A stretch of 64,000 nucleotides of DNA from the human T2T-CHM13v2.0 reference genome, Homo sapiens. Every line of letters starts with the position of its first letter. Within the stretch, counting starts at the first letter, position 1. This document shows positions 1 through 12,900 of the stretch, one piece after another. A model generated the notes under the pieces. The model saw nothing but the letters and a program-made list of their open reading frames with translations. It had not been told where the DNA came from and did no database searches. The DNA is taken from the NCBI RefSeq assembly GCF_009914755.1, contig NC_060926.1; one strand, written 5' to 3'. The position numbers were made by a program, and so were the translations under genes.

Positions 1-355
1 CCCCGGTGGGTGATAAATCAGAGTGTTAATAGAAGGTGCAAGACTTCTCTATGAAAGAAAAACCTAGAGTTACAGATTATTTATTTCCTTATAACTTATT
101 GGAAATAGTGGGTCAAAGTGTACAGACATTTTCTGTAAATTGACAGCTAGAACTACAGAACTTCTTTTCAAAAGTTGTATACTACTTTATAGAGCAACCA
201 GTGTGCATTAAATGAGCGTACCTTCATCAACACAGTTTTAAATTTTGTTTTATTGATTCCACATCCTTTATTACTTTTTGATTCATTGTTAATACCATTT
301 AACTTTATGGATAAATTGACATTTTTTTCCCTGTACCTGAGATTTAGGCAAGATC

Positions 356-391
356 ATTATTATTATTATTATTATTATTTTTTTTTTTTTT
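356..391. repeat. (ATT)n microsatellite running into poly(T)
   Basis: attattattatt...tttttttttttt read directly. Confidence 0.9.
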
Positions 392-892
392 GGGAAAGGC
401 ATGGAAAAGTTGCCTCACAACCTGGGTCATGCAGCTGGTTTCTTCATGCACATCCAATTTCACGACTTCTGCCTTAAGTCTCTGTGCACAAAGCTACTTG
501 CACCACTGATAGTCTATTCTTAATTAGTGATCCATTTCCAATAGCAAAGTACAATTCTATTAATGGGTCGCCTTGGGACATTAATGTGATTTCTGCTCTG
601 CCATTTCCTTCCTATTGTTCCTTCAGACCATTTAATATTTCATATTGGTAATTAGCAAATTCTTCTTATTTAGTGCTAATTTTAAACATTCCATCTATTT
701 TTGTAAGACCCCTTTTCAGTAAATAAGATAACCATAATTTCTTCTAAATGTTCACTATATTTATTCCTTTTATAGACATGAGACTACTGTGTTGCTCTGA
801 AGTCACATAGACTTCTTCTACTGTGTTTTTTTCTAAAGTGCTTGAGTTTTCCCAGTCAAGACTCAGCTCCACTGACCATCTGGCGTGTTCCA

Positions 893-2030
893 CTGAGCTC
901 CCATTGTGTGCATGGATAGAGCTCCCACTGTGTGCATGGATATGAGCTCCCACTGTGTGCGTGGACAGAGCTCCCACTGTGTGCGTGGACAGAGCTCCCA
1001 CTGTGTGCGAGGATAGAGCTCCCACTGTGTGCGTGGATAGAGCTCCCACTGTGTGCGTGGATATGAGCTCCCACTGTGTGCGTGGATAGAGCTCCCACCG
1101 TGTGCGTGGATAGAGCTCCCACCGTGTGCGTGGATATGAGCTCCCACCATGTGCGTGGATAGAGTTCCCACCGTGTGCGTGGATAGAGCTCCCACTGTGT
1201 GCGTGGATAGAGCTCCCACTGTGTGCATGGATAGAGTTCCCACTGTGTGCGTGGATAGAGCTCCCACTGTGTCCGTGGATATCAGCTCTCACTCTGTGCA
1301 TGGATATGAGCTCATACTCTGTGCATGGATATCATCAGCTCTGTGTGCATGGATATCAGTTCCCACTGCGTGCATGGATATGAGCTCCCACTGCGTGCAT
1401 GGATATGAGCTCCCACTGTGTGCATGGATAAAGCTCGCACTGTGTGCATGGATAGAGTTCCCACTGTGTGCATGGATAGAGTTCCCACTGTGTGCATGGG
1501 CAGAGCTCCCATTGTGTGCATGGATAGAGCTCCCACTGTTTGCATGGATATCAGCTCTCACTCTGTGGATGGATATGAGCTCCCACTGTGTCCATGGATA
1601 TCAGCTCCCATTATGTGCATGGATTTGAGCTTCCACTGTGTGCATGGATATGAGCTTGATTATGTAGGTATAAGCACATAATGAGCTTTCACTCTGTGCA
1701 TGGATATGAGCCCTTACTCTGTACATGGATATCATCAGCTCTGTGTGCGTGGATATGAGCTCCCACTGTGTGCATGGACATGAGCTCCCACTATGTGCAT
1801 GGATGTGAGCTCCCACTGTGTGCATGGATAGAGTTCCCACTGTGTGCATGGATATGAGCTCGACTGTGTGCATGGATGTGAGCTCCCACTGTGTGCATGG
1901 ATATGAGCTTCCACTGTGTGCATGGATGTGAGCTCCCACTGTGTGCATGGATGTGAGCTCCCACTGTGTGCATGGATGTGAGCTCCCACTGTGTGTGTAG
2001 ACGTCTCACTGAGCTTCCACTGCGTGTGTA
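893..2030. repeat. VNTR, 24/25-bp unit GAGCTCCCACTGTGTGCRTGGATA(T), about 45 copies
   Basis: Periodic GAGCTC sites. Mixed 24- and 25-bp units explain the frameshifting 8-aa repeat ORFs. Confidence 0.97.
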
Positions 2031-2134
2031 GCATGAGTACGGGAGTAAGCAAGGTGAAGGGAGCTCCTGATCTAGCACAGATGGAGCCAGATTCAACACT
2101 AAAGAGGAAAAAAGGATCTAACAATCCTTAAGAG

Positions 2135-2260
2135 CCTACTATGCGCCAGGTACTTTTCTCACAATTCTTGTGAACTACTGTGTTTTACGCTGCTTCTGTG
2201 GATGAGGAAACTGAGGCACAAGGAAGTGAAGGACGTTGGTGGATTCAACATCCGCCTTTG
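2135..2260 (-). mobile_element. MIR SINE fragment
   Basis: gatgaggaaactgaggcaca matches the MIR core. Confidence 0.6.
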
Positions 2261-2352
2261 TGCTCCCAAGCAGTTTTTTGTTTCTCACCATTATAATTGA
2301 CCACCTTGCATTATGTTTTATTTCTAAATTATCACAAATCCCATCTCTGTTT

Positions 2353-2862
2353 CTCAGGTTCTCAACCAGAGGCAATCTTGCCCCCAGGGAACATTTGGCA
2401 AGGTACGGAGATATTTTTGTTTGCCCCACCTGGAGGAGGAATGTGACTGACACTGAATGGGTGGGGCCAAGATGCCACTCAACACCCTACAGTGCACGCA
2501 GTTTAAAACAAGGTTAGACAAATTAAATTTAACAGAGTTTAAGTGAGCAAAAAAGATTCATGAGCCAAGAATCACCGAGGACAAAAACAGGCGCACGGTG
2601 GGCAGGGAATATTTATAGCAGAAAGCAGAAGTGACTGCAGAGATAGCCTGATTGGCTACAGCTCTGGCTCGCTGAGACGCAGCCACCTGTCACCGGAATA
2701 CACACCCGTGGCAGCTTGTGGTTTGTTTACATGCTGAGCTAGGCTGAGGCCTCAGAGTACGGAGGCAGCTTTAGCCCAAATTTAACCTAAATTAACAACA
2801 CGACGGTGCCCGCCACAAACATACAGCCTAAACTGCTAAAAGTGCCGAGGTTGGAAACCCTG
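2353..2862. mobile_element. MER20 (hAT-Charlie) split by an LTR insertion
   Basis: 5' part ggttctcaacc...gcccccagggaacatttggcaa...cctacagtgcac (2353-2497); 3' part agtgccgaggttggaaaccctg (about 2800-2862). Confidence 0.85.
2500..2797 (-). mobile_element. MER57-family ERV1 solo LTR
   Basis: Reverse strand begins tgttaatttagg...ctaaagctgcctcc, contains gctgtagccaatc and ends taaactctgttaaatttaatttgtcta. Confidence 0.75.
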
Positions 2863-3529
2863 AAATATTTGTACAAATATCCCATTTAAACTTCCTGTCA
2901 TTCTCCGTTTAACTTTCCAGAGTCAAGTACTGTCAGTAGTTGGAATAAGCCCTTCCCACTTTCTGTCTGCTATGTTTAATCTCTGTCCTCTCTCCAAATA
3001 TATTTCTGATTAAAAATGAGATCATGCTATGAATATAGGTGCCTTTTTACTTCAAATGTATCGTCGACATTTTCCATGGAATCCTTTCATCTTCCACTCG
3101 TTTTCTGGGGTGCAGCGAGTGCCATTCCCTCAGTTCTACGTAAGTCAACTGAGCTGTTCCCTGCTGGTGGGTGTGCGGTTGGTTTCCCTTTTGAAGGCTG
3201 CCTCCCACATGTATCTCCAGGTCCCCATTTGGCAGGTCTTAGGGCAGCGTCTCTGCAGGTTCCCTTGCACGAGGCACACACCAGGTGAGAGGAACCCTCG
3301 GCCACAGCTGGGCTCACACCTTGGTGCCGGGGCTGCGTTGCTTCTGCTTCTGGGAACTGTCTTCACCTTGGGTTCTCCCTGCTGGATTGAATGCATTTCC
3401 CCCTGTTGAATGCAGGGGCTCGAGTCGTCGTGAAATTTCCTTTTGCCTGTTGTAGATGTTGTAGACGCTCACCAGCCCACTGGGCATTTTCAGGGCCTGT
3501 TGATTGCATTTGGCTACAAGATTGGCCTT

Positions 3530-3610
3530 TTCCATAGTTGCATTTCCAGCATCAAACACGAGACCCGGCATGTGGGGGGCACTGGCAAATGTTTACTAGG
3601 TAAATTGACA
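3530..3610 (+). mobile_element. L2 3'-end fragment
   Basis: tttccagcatc...cccggcatgtgggggcact...aaatgtttact resembles an L2 tail. Confidence 0.4.
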
Positions 3611-4794
3611 AAGTTCCATGTCAGTGGAATGAGACATTCCATCTCCCTGGCTCCAAGGCAGCCCGGAAGAGAGTAGAGGCAGTGAGACGCAGGAGGTGCA
3701 GTGCGGTGCGCTCCAGGTGGCCTCTGACAATGCCCAGCACGCGAGATCTTTATCATCTTTACTCGGATTAGCGGCCCCTGCACGTGGCTGGGCCTTCAGG
3801 GAGCGGTCACGTGGGATCGGATTGCTGCTGACTTCTGCCAGTTGCTGGTGTTGCCTGGCACATGGGTTAGCTGGTATTAGCTCTTTCCAGCCAATACACG
3901 GATACGCCTCTGCAAGGGAAAATGTACGTAATGTTGAAAAGAGACACACACATTCTGTTTTTATCAAGAATTTGCAATGTAGATATGAATCTTCCAACTC
4001 CTTTTTCTTCAAGACTCTTTACATAGAATTAGAGTCTTTGTTTTTAGCATTCTATATAATGCATCAAAATACCCAGAAATATGGAGAAGCGGAGGTCTGA
4101 GGAAGGGAAGAACGTCGAATGGTATGTTTAGATATTTCACAGCGGAACTCTTAGTGTGACACATGTGTTTATAAAAAGTACCACTTTCTACATATCTTGC
4201 TCTAACAGTGAGGGGAAATAGGGTTTCTGCAGAGCGCTCAGAACCCAGGGCGCTAAAACCACTTTGTGACCTGGACACCAGGGAGCCAGTTGAACTGAGC
4301 CACCTTGTGGGAGAAGCGGCCGCTGGTGCAGTGGACAGGGCAGGAGCCACGGAGGCACAGAGCTGGGTGCTAGGACCCTGCATGGGGCACTGCTGGGCCA
4401 GGCCAGGGCAACTGGGGGGTGCCATGCAGGGCGGGGCTCCTCTCTGAGCCGGAAGACTTGGATGTGTGCGGCCACAGCTCCAGGCCCCCGACTATAAAGC
4501 TGACTGTGGTGCTTTTGTGTCCCATTAGCATCGTTCTCTACTTATTAATTGCACATGAGCTAATTTGGGTCCTGGAGACACTCTCTGTAGCAGAACAAAC
4601 TGTACTTTCGAGATCCTCACAGACGCCCGGGAACAAAAGGCCAGCCAGCGTGAAGTACAGCGTGAGCCGTACTTTGCACCCTATTCGTGTTGCGCGGTTC
4701 AAGAATGTTTGCTGCAAAGTCTTGCCAAGCTCCTTTTCCAAAAAAATGTTCTTTTTGGTCTTAGAATGACCATCCCATCATGCAGCAAACTAAG

Positions 4795-5245
4795 CATGAT
4801 GGTCATTTCCGCATCTGCTTGGCAGGGCTGCAGTGCCAGTTACTTAATCAAACACTCTGCTAGGCGTTGCTGTGAGGGTATTTTGCAGATGTGACTGCCT
4901 CTGAGGGGGCTGACCCTTGATAATGTGTGTGGGTCTCATCCAATCTGTTGAGGCCTTAAGAGCAAAAACTGAGGTTTCCTGTAGAATAAATTCTGCCTCA
5001 AGACAGCAGTGGCATCCTGCTGCGTTTCCAGCTGCTGGCTTACTCTGTCACTCTCAGACTTGCCAGGCGGACCCCACGATTGCAGAAGCCAATTACTTCA
5101 AAGTAACTCTCTCTCTCCCCCACTCTCTCTCCATATAAGTGTATATATTCTCTATATGTATATACACACATTCACTCCCTCTAAATACATACAGATTCCT
5201 CTTGTGGGCTCCGTTTCCCTGGAGCACCCGGGCACCCTAGCCTAA
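4795..5245 (+). mobile_element. MLT2D-like ERVL solo LTR
   Basis: gttgctgtgagggtattttgcagatgtga, ctcatccaatctgttgaggccttaagagcaaaaactgaggtttcc, (CT)/(TA) tract, gtttccctggag. Confidence 0.85.
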
Positions 5246-6498
5246 GGGACTGCCACAGTTTTAGTGGATACTCTTCAGTGTCTCCTGCCTGTGATCTCCT
5301 TTTCTGATAGTGGGTCTACAGCTTTGTTAACCAAACGAATCTCCACACCCAGTGCTGTTTACAGCACGTGCCACCTGCTCAGGTGAGTTGGCCGCGGGTA
5401 GATGGAGCAGGCAGAGCCCAGGCCTCGGGGAAGCAGGTGGAGCAGAGGGTGGGGGGATGGAGGACAGGGCACCGTCTGTTCCCGAAAGACACGAGATAGG
5501 AACGTGAAGACCACCCTTGAGAAATGGGCTGTGGGGGCTGTGCCCAGCAGGACAGGGCAGCTGCTGGGTGGGCTTCGGGGCTTGTGGAGACCACCGGCAG
5601 TTTCAGATGGCAGACATTCGTGATGAGACGTTCCCACCCCGTCTCACCTTTCAGCCCTTGGAGCCCTTCTCCCGTTTTCTTGCCCTGCCTATGGGCTGGC
5701 ATCTCCATGCTTGCTTCTCTTACGAGAACCTGGCCCACTACAGACCACTGTGACAGTCACGGGAGGTCCTGGAATGACTTAAAAGAAGGCAACACTGTCT
5801 GGAGGTTCCATCACATTTTAGCATCTTTGTGGCTTCTCCAGGCCCCAAGAGTCAGGCTCTGCCCAGGTCCAAGTCTGGCTCAGAACAGAAGCCTTCACAG
5901 ACATTTTATGACGAAGGCGTTCAGTTGCCCTTTCGATTTCAGCCTGCTTCCCTCACCACCCTGACCAACATCCCAGAGAGGAGGCAGCACCAGTCTGTGT
6001 CTATACAGTGCCTTGATTTGAAAAATACTACAATAATTACAGAACTGTGTGTTGAGGCTCCGTAGACACTTACAGGCAGCATCCCTGGGAACTGTGTCCC
6101 TGTGAGGCTGGAGAAAGCCACAGAGACAGGATCTGGCTTTTCGGAGGGCAAGCGCGTGGTGGAGCAGGCGTGGGGGGTGCCGCGCTCTGTGTCACCCAGG
6201 CTTTGCAGCCCTGCAGCCCCAGCTTGGCTCTCTCCCTCCACCCTCCCGACAGCCCAACTTCCAGGCCAGTTTCCACACACACGCCCTGTTTACTGTGGCG
6301 CGAACTCTGTGTCCTGGAAGTAACATCAAAACTGTGCTTTACTGTAAAAGAGCATTTTCATGTTCACTCATAATGAAAGTATGAGAAGCAGGGAAACGAT
6401 CAAGGGTCAGCTTCTCAGAAGCAGTCACTTCTGCAAAATGCCATCACAGCAATGCCTAGCTGAGTGTTTGGTTAAATAACTGGGACTGCAGCCCAGCC

Positions 6499-7531
6499 CA
6501 GTGGACACCAAAACGACCATCACACCGTTTGCTGTGCTGTGAGATGCTCACTGGGAGCACCCCAACAGCTGTGTGCACACGGGTGAGTCTTCAGGAGACA
6601 CCAAAACGACCATCACACCGTGTTTGCTGTGCTGTGAGATGGTCACTGGGAGCTCCCCCACAGCTGTGTGCACACAGGTGAGTCTTCAGGGGACACCAAA
6701 ACGACCATCACACCGCATTTGCTGTGCTGTGAGATGCTCACTGGGAGCCCCCCACAGCTGTGCGCACACGGATGAGTCTTCAGTGGACACCAAAACGACC
6801 ATCACACCGTTTGCTGTGCTATGAGATGGTCACTGGGAACTCCCCCACAGCTGTGCACACACAGGTGAGTCTTCAGTGGACACCAAAACGACCATCACAC
6901 CATTTGCTGTGCTATGAGATGGTCACTGGGAACTCCCCCACAGCTGTGTGCACACGGGTGAGTCTTCAGGGGACACCAAAGTGACCATCACACTGTTTGC
7001 TGTGCTGTGAGATGCTCACTGGGAGCCCCCCACAGCTGTGCGCACACGGGTGAGTCTTCAGGGGACACCAAAGCGACCATCACACCGTTTGCTGTGCTGT
7101 GAGATGGTCACTGGGAGCTCCCCCACAGCTGTGTGCACACAGGTGAGTCTTCAGGGGACACCAAAACGACCATCACACCGCATTTGCTGTGCTGTGAGAT
7201 GCTCACTGGGAGCCCCCCACAGCTGTGCGCACACGGGTGAGTCTTCAGTGGACACCAAAACGACCATCACACCGTTTGCTGTGCTATGAGATGGTCACTG
7301 GGAACTCCCCCACAGCTGTGCACACACAGGTGAGTCTTCAGTGGACACCAAAACGACCATCACACCGTTTGCTGTGCTATGAGATGGTCACTGGGAACTC
7401 CCCCACAGCTGTGTGCACACGGGTGAGTCTTCAGGGGACACCAAAGCGACCATCACACCGTTTGCTGTGCTGTGAGATGGTCACTGGGAGCTCCCCCACA
7501 GCTGTGTGCCCACGGGTGAGTCTTCAGTGGC
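6499..7531. repeat. VNTR, about 93-bp unit (92-95), 11 copies
   Basis: gacaccaaa recurs at 6504, 6597, 6692, 6786, 6879, 6972, 7064, 7157, 7251, 7344 and 7437. Confidence 0.97.
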
Positions 7532-8894
7532 ACTTCCCACCCCCCACACTGCCCCTACACAGCCACCTCCTCGGCCATCATGCTGGTCTCTAAATCAGCT
7601 GGGGGATTTGAGGAGGGAACTCTGCCAATCACTTGGATATTGACTTGGAGAATCACAGACAGACTCACAGACAGCCCTCCCTGGAGAGGGGGCCCGCTTC
7701 CCCAAGTCACCAAGCAGCGTGGTGAACAAGGTGAGGCCCTGGCCTTCGCGCCTCCAGGCTGCCCACAATCACCTCCACACCTGTGCGGCTCTGCTCCGGA
7801 CCGCGTCTCTGCTCTTCGCCTCCCTTGACTCCCAGGGTTCCCTGCGTCTCGTCACTCACAGTGTTTCCACATTGGCCAGTGAGCACCACCTCGGGCCCCT
7901 CCTCAGATCCACAGACCGGAACCTGCCTGTTAGCAAGGGCGCCGGCAGCTCCTCTGCAGACTGAAGTCTGAGCAGCTTGGCCCACAGCACTTGCTTGGCC
8001 GGTGCCTAGCCTGCACTGTGGGTCGTGTGTCTGTCCACTTCTTACCAACCCAGGCGAGGCCAAGGTCTGTGCAGGAAAAATCCCACCCCGTGTGTCCTTC
8101 AATCCCACCCCAACTTTTCCAGCGTTTGTTCCATGATATGTATTTGAAAGCCGTTGGTTCATGGTTGGTTGAAGTGACTTATTTTCAGAGACAGTCTTTT
8201 ACATCTATTATTAAAATAGCAGCTAACTTTTCTCAAAATGCACACATAATACTGAAATGGATTGAGGTGAAATTAAAGGTAATTAGAGAACTTTGTACAT
8301 TATATTTTAATTTGCAGTAAACTGTTTCTCTTTCGTTGTATAGCCCTTCAAAAACAGAGTTCACACTTACGCCAAACTTAATAGAGCTCAGGTTCTGTAA
8401 TAGAATGAGAAACCGCTGTGATAAATCATTCCTGTCACTTGGAGAGGGCGGGCACTTCCCGTTAGCCTTTCTGATGGCTGATGGTTCCGAGGAATTCTTC
8501 TAGGAAATACTCAGAAGGTTTCTGAGTGTTGTGAAGGTAAAAAGGATGGTGTTGCAGTTGCAACAAATCATCACCCACAAAATTGATTTTTAAAATCCCA
8601 GCCCAAGGAGTCTTTTTCTACACCTGTTGAGGGCTGGTGGAGAAACAGGACGCACCCACTTCCCTGAAGTCCCGTTGTGGGGGGCTCTGCTCACCCTTTC
8701 TGAGTCTTCTGGGCTATCTTTGGACTCATGTCTTTTTAGCAAAGAGAGATACCTGTTTGTTTTACTTTTCAGAGTTAGACACACAATACAAATACTTTAA
8801 AGTGGCTGATAACAGCATTTACGTGGCATTCACTATGCACTGGCCTCTGTGCAAAACGTCCGGTGGGTTCTCTTTCGTTGTTTATGTGCACTGC

Positions 8895-9025
8895 TTTGTT
8901 ATAAAGGGTCTACAAAGGATTCAGAGGAAAAGGTGCCAGGGCGAGGCTCGTGGGCGGGTGCTGAGCTTCCACCCCCTCTCCAGCGACCCCAGGAACCTCC
9001 ACGTGCTCAGCTGTCCTGAGCTCCA
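8895..9025. mobile_element. MER21-like LTR fragment
   Basis: aaggattcagagg...agggcgagg...gagcttcca...ccaggaacctccacgtgctcagct. Confidence 0.6.
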
Positions 9026-9059
9026 TTTACGTTCTCTTTACAACAGTGTGGGGCTTAGG

Positions 9060-9225
9060 TAACCTGAAGGCCCTGAGAAGTATTGGATCCTTTTTAAATG
9101 GGGGAGGAACCCGAGACAGCCCTGGTAACTTGGTCAAGGCCACCCACTTGCAGCAGACACGGCACCAGGATTTGAACCCAGACACAGCACTGGGATTTGA
9201 ACCCGGGCACAGCACCGGGATTTGC
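9060..9225 (-). mobile_element. MIR fragment ending in a 25-bp tandem repeat (about 3 copies)
   Basis: gaggaacccgag...gtaacttggtcaaggccac...ggatttgaaccca; ggattt recurs at 9168, 9193 and 9218. Confidence 0.7.
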
Positions 9226-9892
9226 TCGGCGTGAAGTAAAGATGGGCTCGGGCGGAAGCCTCCCATTCCATGTGTGCCCTGCCTCTTCCACTGGCAGAAG
9301 CTATGTTCCCCCCATCAGGCTGGAGCCCCTGTGCCCTCTTCTCCCGGGACCCTGGCCCTGGAGGTGAGGGGCAGCATGAGAATCTCAATGACATGGCAGA
9401 GATTGTGGGGCGGCTTCACACGCGTGTTTCAGACCCGTGCTCCACTGCGACAAGGAAGCGTCCCCCACGTCCTACAGACAAAGTCGCGCCCCTGGGAAGG
9501 TGGACACGCCATACTTAATTCACGGCAGGAGTGAGGTGCTGGAGCCCACGGCCTGGGCCTCCCCGCCGGGCCCTGCCGACCTCCATGGGAATAGTGCAGG
9601 CCCAGGGCTCCTGCGTGTGTGAGTCCAGGTCAGCTCTGTCCTACTCTGTGTCTGTGGGAATGTCATCAAGCACTGGTGATCCTCACAGATGCAGCAGAGG
9701 TCACGGTACATGCCCTGCACAGGGGAAGGCACGGCCAGTGGGCTCCAGCCGCCTGCCCTGAGCCACGTTCCCCTTGGGTCTGATTTCAACATTTCACTCT
9801 GCATCTCTCTAGCGTCTGGGCTTCCAGAAGTTCCCCGCAGGATGCACGCCCCACGCCCACGTCACTGTTCGAGCCTCTTCAAAAGTTACCAG

Positions 9893-9989
9893 CTCTCGGT
9901 CTTTCCCTTCGCTGAGGTTAATCTAACCGAGGAAACAGACTCTCGGTCTTTTCCTTCGCTGAGGTTAATCTAACTGAGGAAATAGTCTC
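9893..9989. repeat. 47-bp tandem duplication
   Basis: ctctcggtcttt.ccttcgctgaggttaatctaac.gaggaaa at 9893 and 9940. Confidence 0.92.
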
Positions 9990-12900
9990 AATGCTTTTTC
10001 ATGTTCCCACGGCATTTGCATTTTCACGGCGTTTGTGTTTTTGTTTCTGGGAAGACCAGGTTCGGGTCTGGTGTCCGAGCAGCGTGTGGTCCTGGGAACA
10101 TCTTACATGAAGTGAAGTGTCCATCCTTGGGTGGGTCCCTCTGACTCAAGGCGAGTCTTGTGGAGGGACAGCTCACTTACTCATCATCGTTTACACATTT
10201 TTGTTAGGGGTGGGTGGTGCCGGGTGAGGTAGAGGCCCAGAGAAGGTGAGACCTGAGATGACAAAGTAAACAGCAAGAAATTATTTTTGAGGATCAGGTT
10301 TATTTTGCCTCCATTAGAATATCATTACTCTTTTGTTGATGTTTGCTATTTTCAAAGTATGAAGTTTGGTTTATTGGTGACTATAAATTTTTAAATCTAA
10401 TTTTGCCTTGGACAAAATTCATGATTATCCAAGGGAGGAAAAAACATTCTTCGGATGCAAAAGTGCAGGAACGAGGGGTTTGATTCTGAGGCCTGGCTCT
10501 GCATTCTGTGCTTCTCAGGGGAACATGCGGCTGCATCCTGGGATCACACCTGTGCTTGGCCAGCAACTGCCACATGCAGAGCTGCGGGAAGACGAAGCAG
10601 GGAAGGGAGGGCTGGGCCTGTTCCGTGTTGCATGTAATTAAAAAAATCATCTTGTCACCATGAATCTTCTTACAGCAGCACAACAGGCTAATTGCACCAA
10701 TTATGAATTCTTCATTATATTGTAAAACCAGTAACAACCTATTTTCATTGTTAAACTGAGTTAATAAAAGGTTTATGCCTTTTTCCCAGTGTGCTACATA
10801 TGAAGACTGTATCTTCTTGGAAGACAGAATGAGAGTTTCAAATGACTGCATTTTATACTCCAGCTGATAGGGCGGCATCAGCCCCTACACAATTCAGTCT
10901 TTACCGAATGGACAGCTTCCTAACGACAGGGCTGATCACCACGCACACATCCCACATCTCTAGCATAAAACAGCGTCTGTGACAGAACCAAGGCTTTTTG
11001 AATAATGCAGGACACTGCAATTGCTGGGCTTATTTCAAAGTGATCTGATTTGTTCTTTTAGCTCAGGGCTTAGACGTAACCCACATCACAAGGGCACTGT
11101 AAATGTGCTGCAAGCCCAGAGCAAGCTCCATGGGAGTTATCTGAACAGAGCTCCCCAGCGGCCCTCGCTGCTCCTCGCCTATCAGGAATCTCCGTGGCTG
11201 CCCCACAGCATGGCTGCTCCCTGAGAGAGAGGAGACAAGGACGTGGAATCTGGAAGGAAAATGCAAATTTCTGTCATTCTGATCACATGGTTAAAAAGTA
11301 TTATCCCTGCAGTCATCAAAGGTCAGATTAATGTAACACTGATTTGAATTCAAATGTGATGTATTACAGTCGTGCCATTTGAAACTTTTTAATTTTTATC
11401 AGTTTTTACAGCCAAAGTTGAAAACATTACACTAGAATCATAAAAAAACAAAAGTGTTAAAAGTAACAGTTTTTTAAAATCAGTGTAACAATCCTGGGTC
11501 ATTTGCTGAAATCTGTTAAAAAATGTATATGTACTTAGGAAATGCAAAACTGGTGAAAAATAAATGTGATTGTTGAAGAGGAACCAGCAGCCGTTGCTCC
11601 GTTCAGGTCGGAGCCCCTCCCTTGGTCCCTTGTGACCTCCTAGGAGCGGCAGGTCAGAGACCCTGTGAACGTCCTTCAGGGCTGGCACCTGCCCCACTCA
11701 GACATGGGGAGCACTAGCAAGGTGGTGGCCAGGAACCACACGCACAGCAGTTAACTGGCTTTTACTGATTGTTTAGGTTAAAAGTTCACCATTAATTACA
11801 AGTAACTGATAACATGCTGTTCATTTGTGAGCTGACAGCTAAGCCTTTCCCCAGGCACAGCTGGTGGCTGAACTGAACAGAGGCCCTAACCGTGTCACTG
11901 TGGCGAAGCCAGACCACTGGCCTGGGACAGATTTGTTGTCTTTCACCTCCAATTTCGTGCTGTTTCGTGTTTCTCTTTCTTCCCTTCAGTTCTCCTAGAT
12001 TGCTGTCCTCGAGTGGCCACTTGGTTCCCTTCGTGATGCTGCGGCTCTTTAGGAAGCATTTCCGGTTCTGGGCTGACTCTATCTTGGAGGGCCCTTCCTT
12101 GATTCCTGCAACCAAGTAGGAGTGGACTCAGGGCCAGCTTGCCAACCTTGGGAGATGCCACTGGTGTCCCGAAGCCACTGTGTCAGGTCTCACAGCCTGT
12201 CCATTTGCAGGAGACACAAAGCCTGGCACCTCACCCACCACCAGTGCAGACACAGCCACACCCGGGCTCTGCCTTAACAGGCAGGGGAGGGCAGTGCTGT
12301 TAGGAGCAGTGGGATGACTGGGCCACTCATCTGAGCTTGCCCTTACTATGGACCTGGACCTTGTGGCAGGTGTTGGGTGTCCTAAGTATCCTCTAAGAAC
12401 AATGACAAATGTCCATGTAAACTCAGGGTTCACTCTGCGTCCAGCAGCAAGAGCGTCAAGTGGGCCTTTACAAGTCCATTGTCAAATATCCACTATGCGT
12501 AAAAATTGCCTAAGTCCTGCCTGTCACTTGCAAATGGAAAATGGCCGGCAAGTTGAAAGAGAGGGCATGCCATCTGCTTCACAGGCACGAAGATGATGAC
12601 GGGAGGCCCCAGGAGGAGGCTGCTCATGAAACGCTGGGTAAAAAAGTCTAAGAAGCTTTCGTTTCAGATGGTTTTCATTTATCAGAGATTCAGTGCCAAA
12701 TTACACCATAATTTTGATTGAAAAACCCTTTTACAGAAAGACAAACAATGCTTGCTCTTTATAGTCGTGACCCTGTGGTCTGTAATTTAGTTTTTCTGAG
12801 CCTCATCTGCCAAAGAGTGATAAAATTCTGCTGTGGGTCTCATTGTGGTTCTCAACTTCCAGCTCCTTCCCTGCCCAGCAGATCACACGTTAACCTCCTT

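Noticed and set aside
744-2124. His/Ser-rich repeat ORFs (HAHSGSS, THTVGAL)
   Set aside because: Translations of the VNTR; the 24/25-bp mixture frameshifts them constantly
6499-7531. CRISPR-like appearance of regularly spaced repeats (also the other arrays)
   Set aside because: No unique spacers, whole units repeat, no cas genes, and the context is primate
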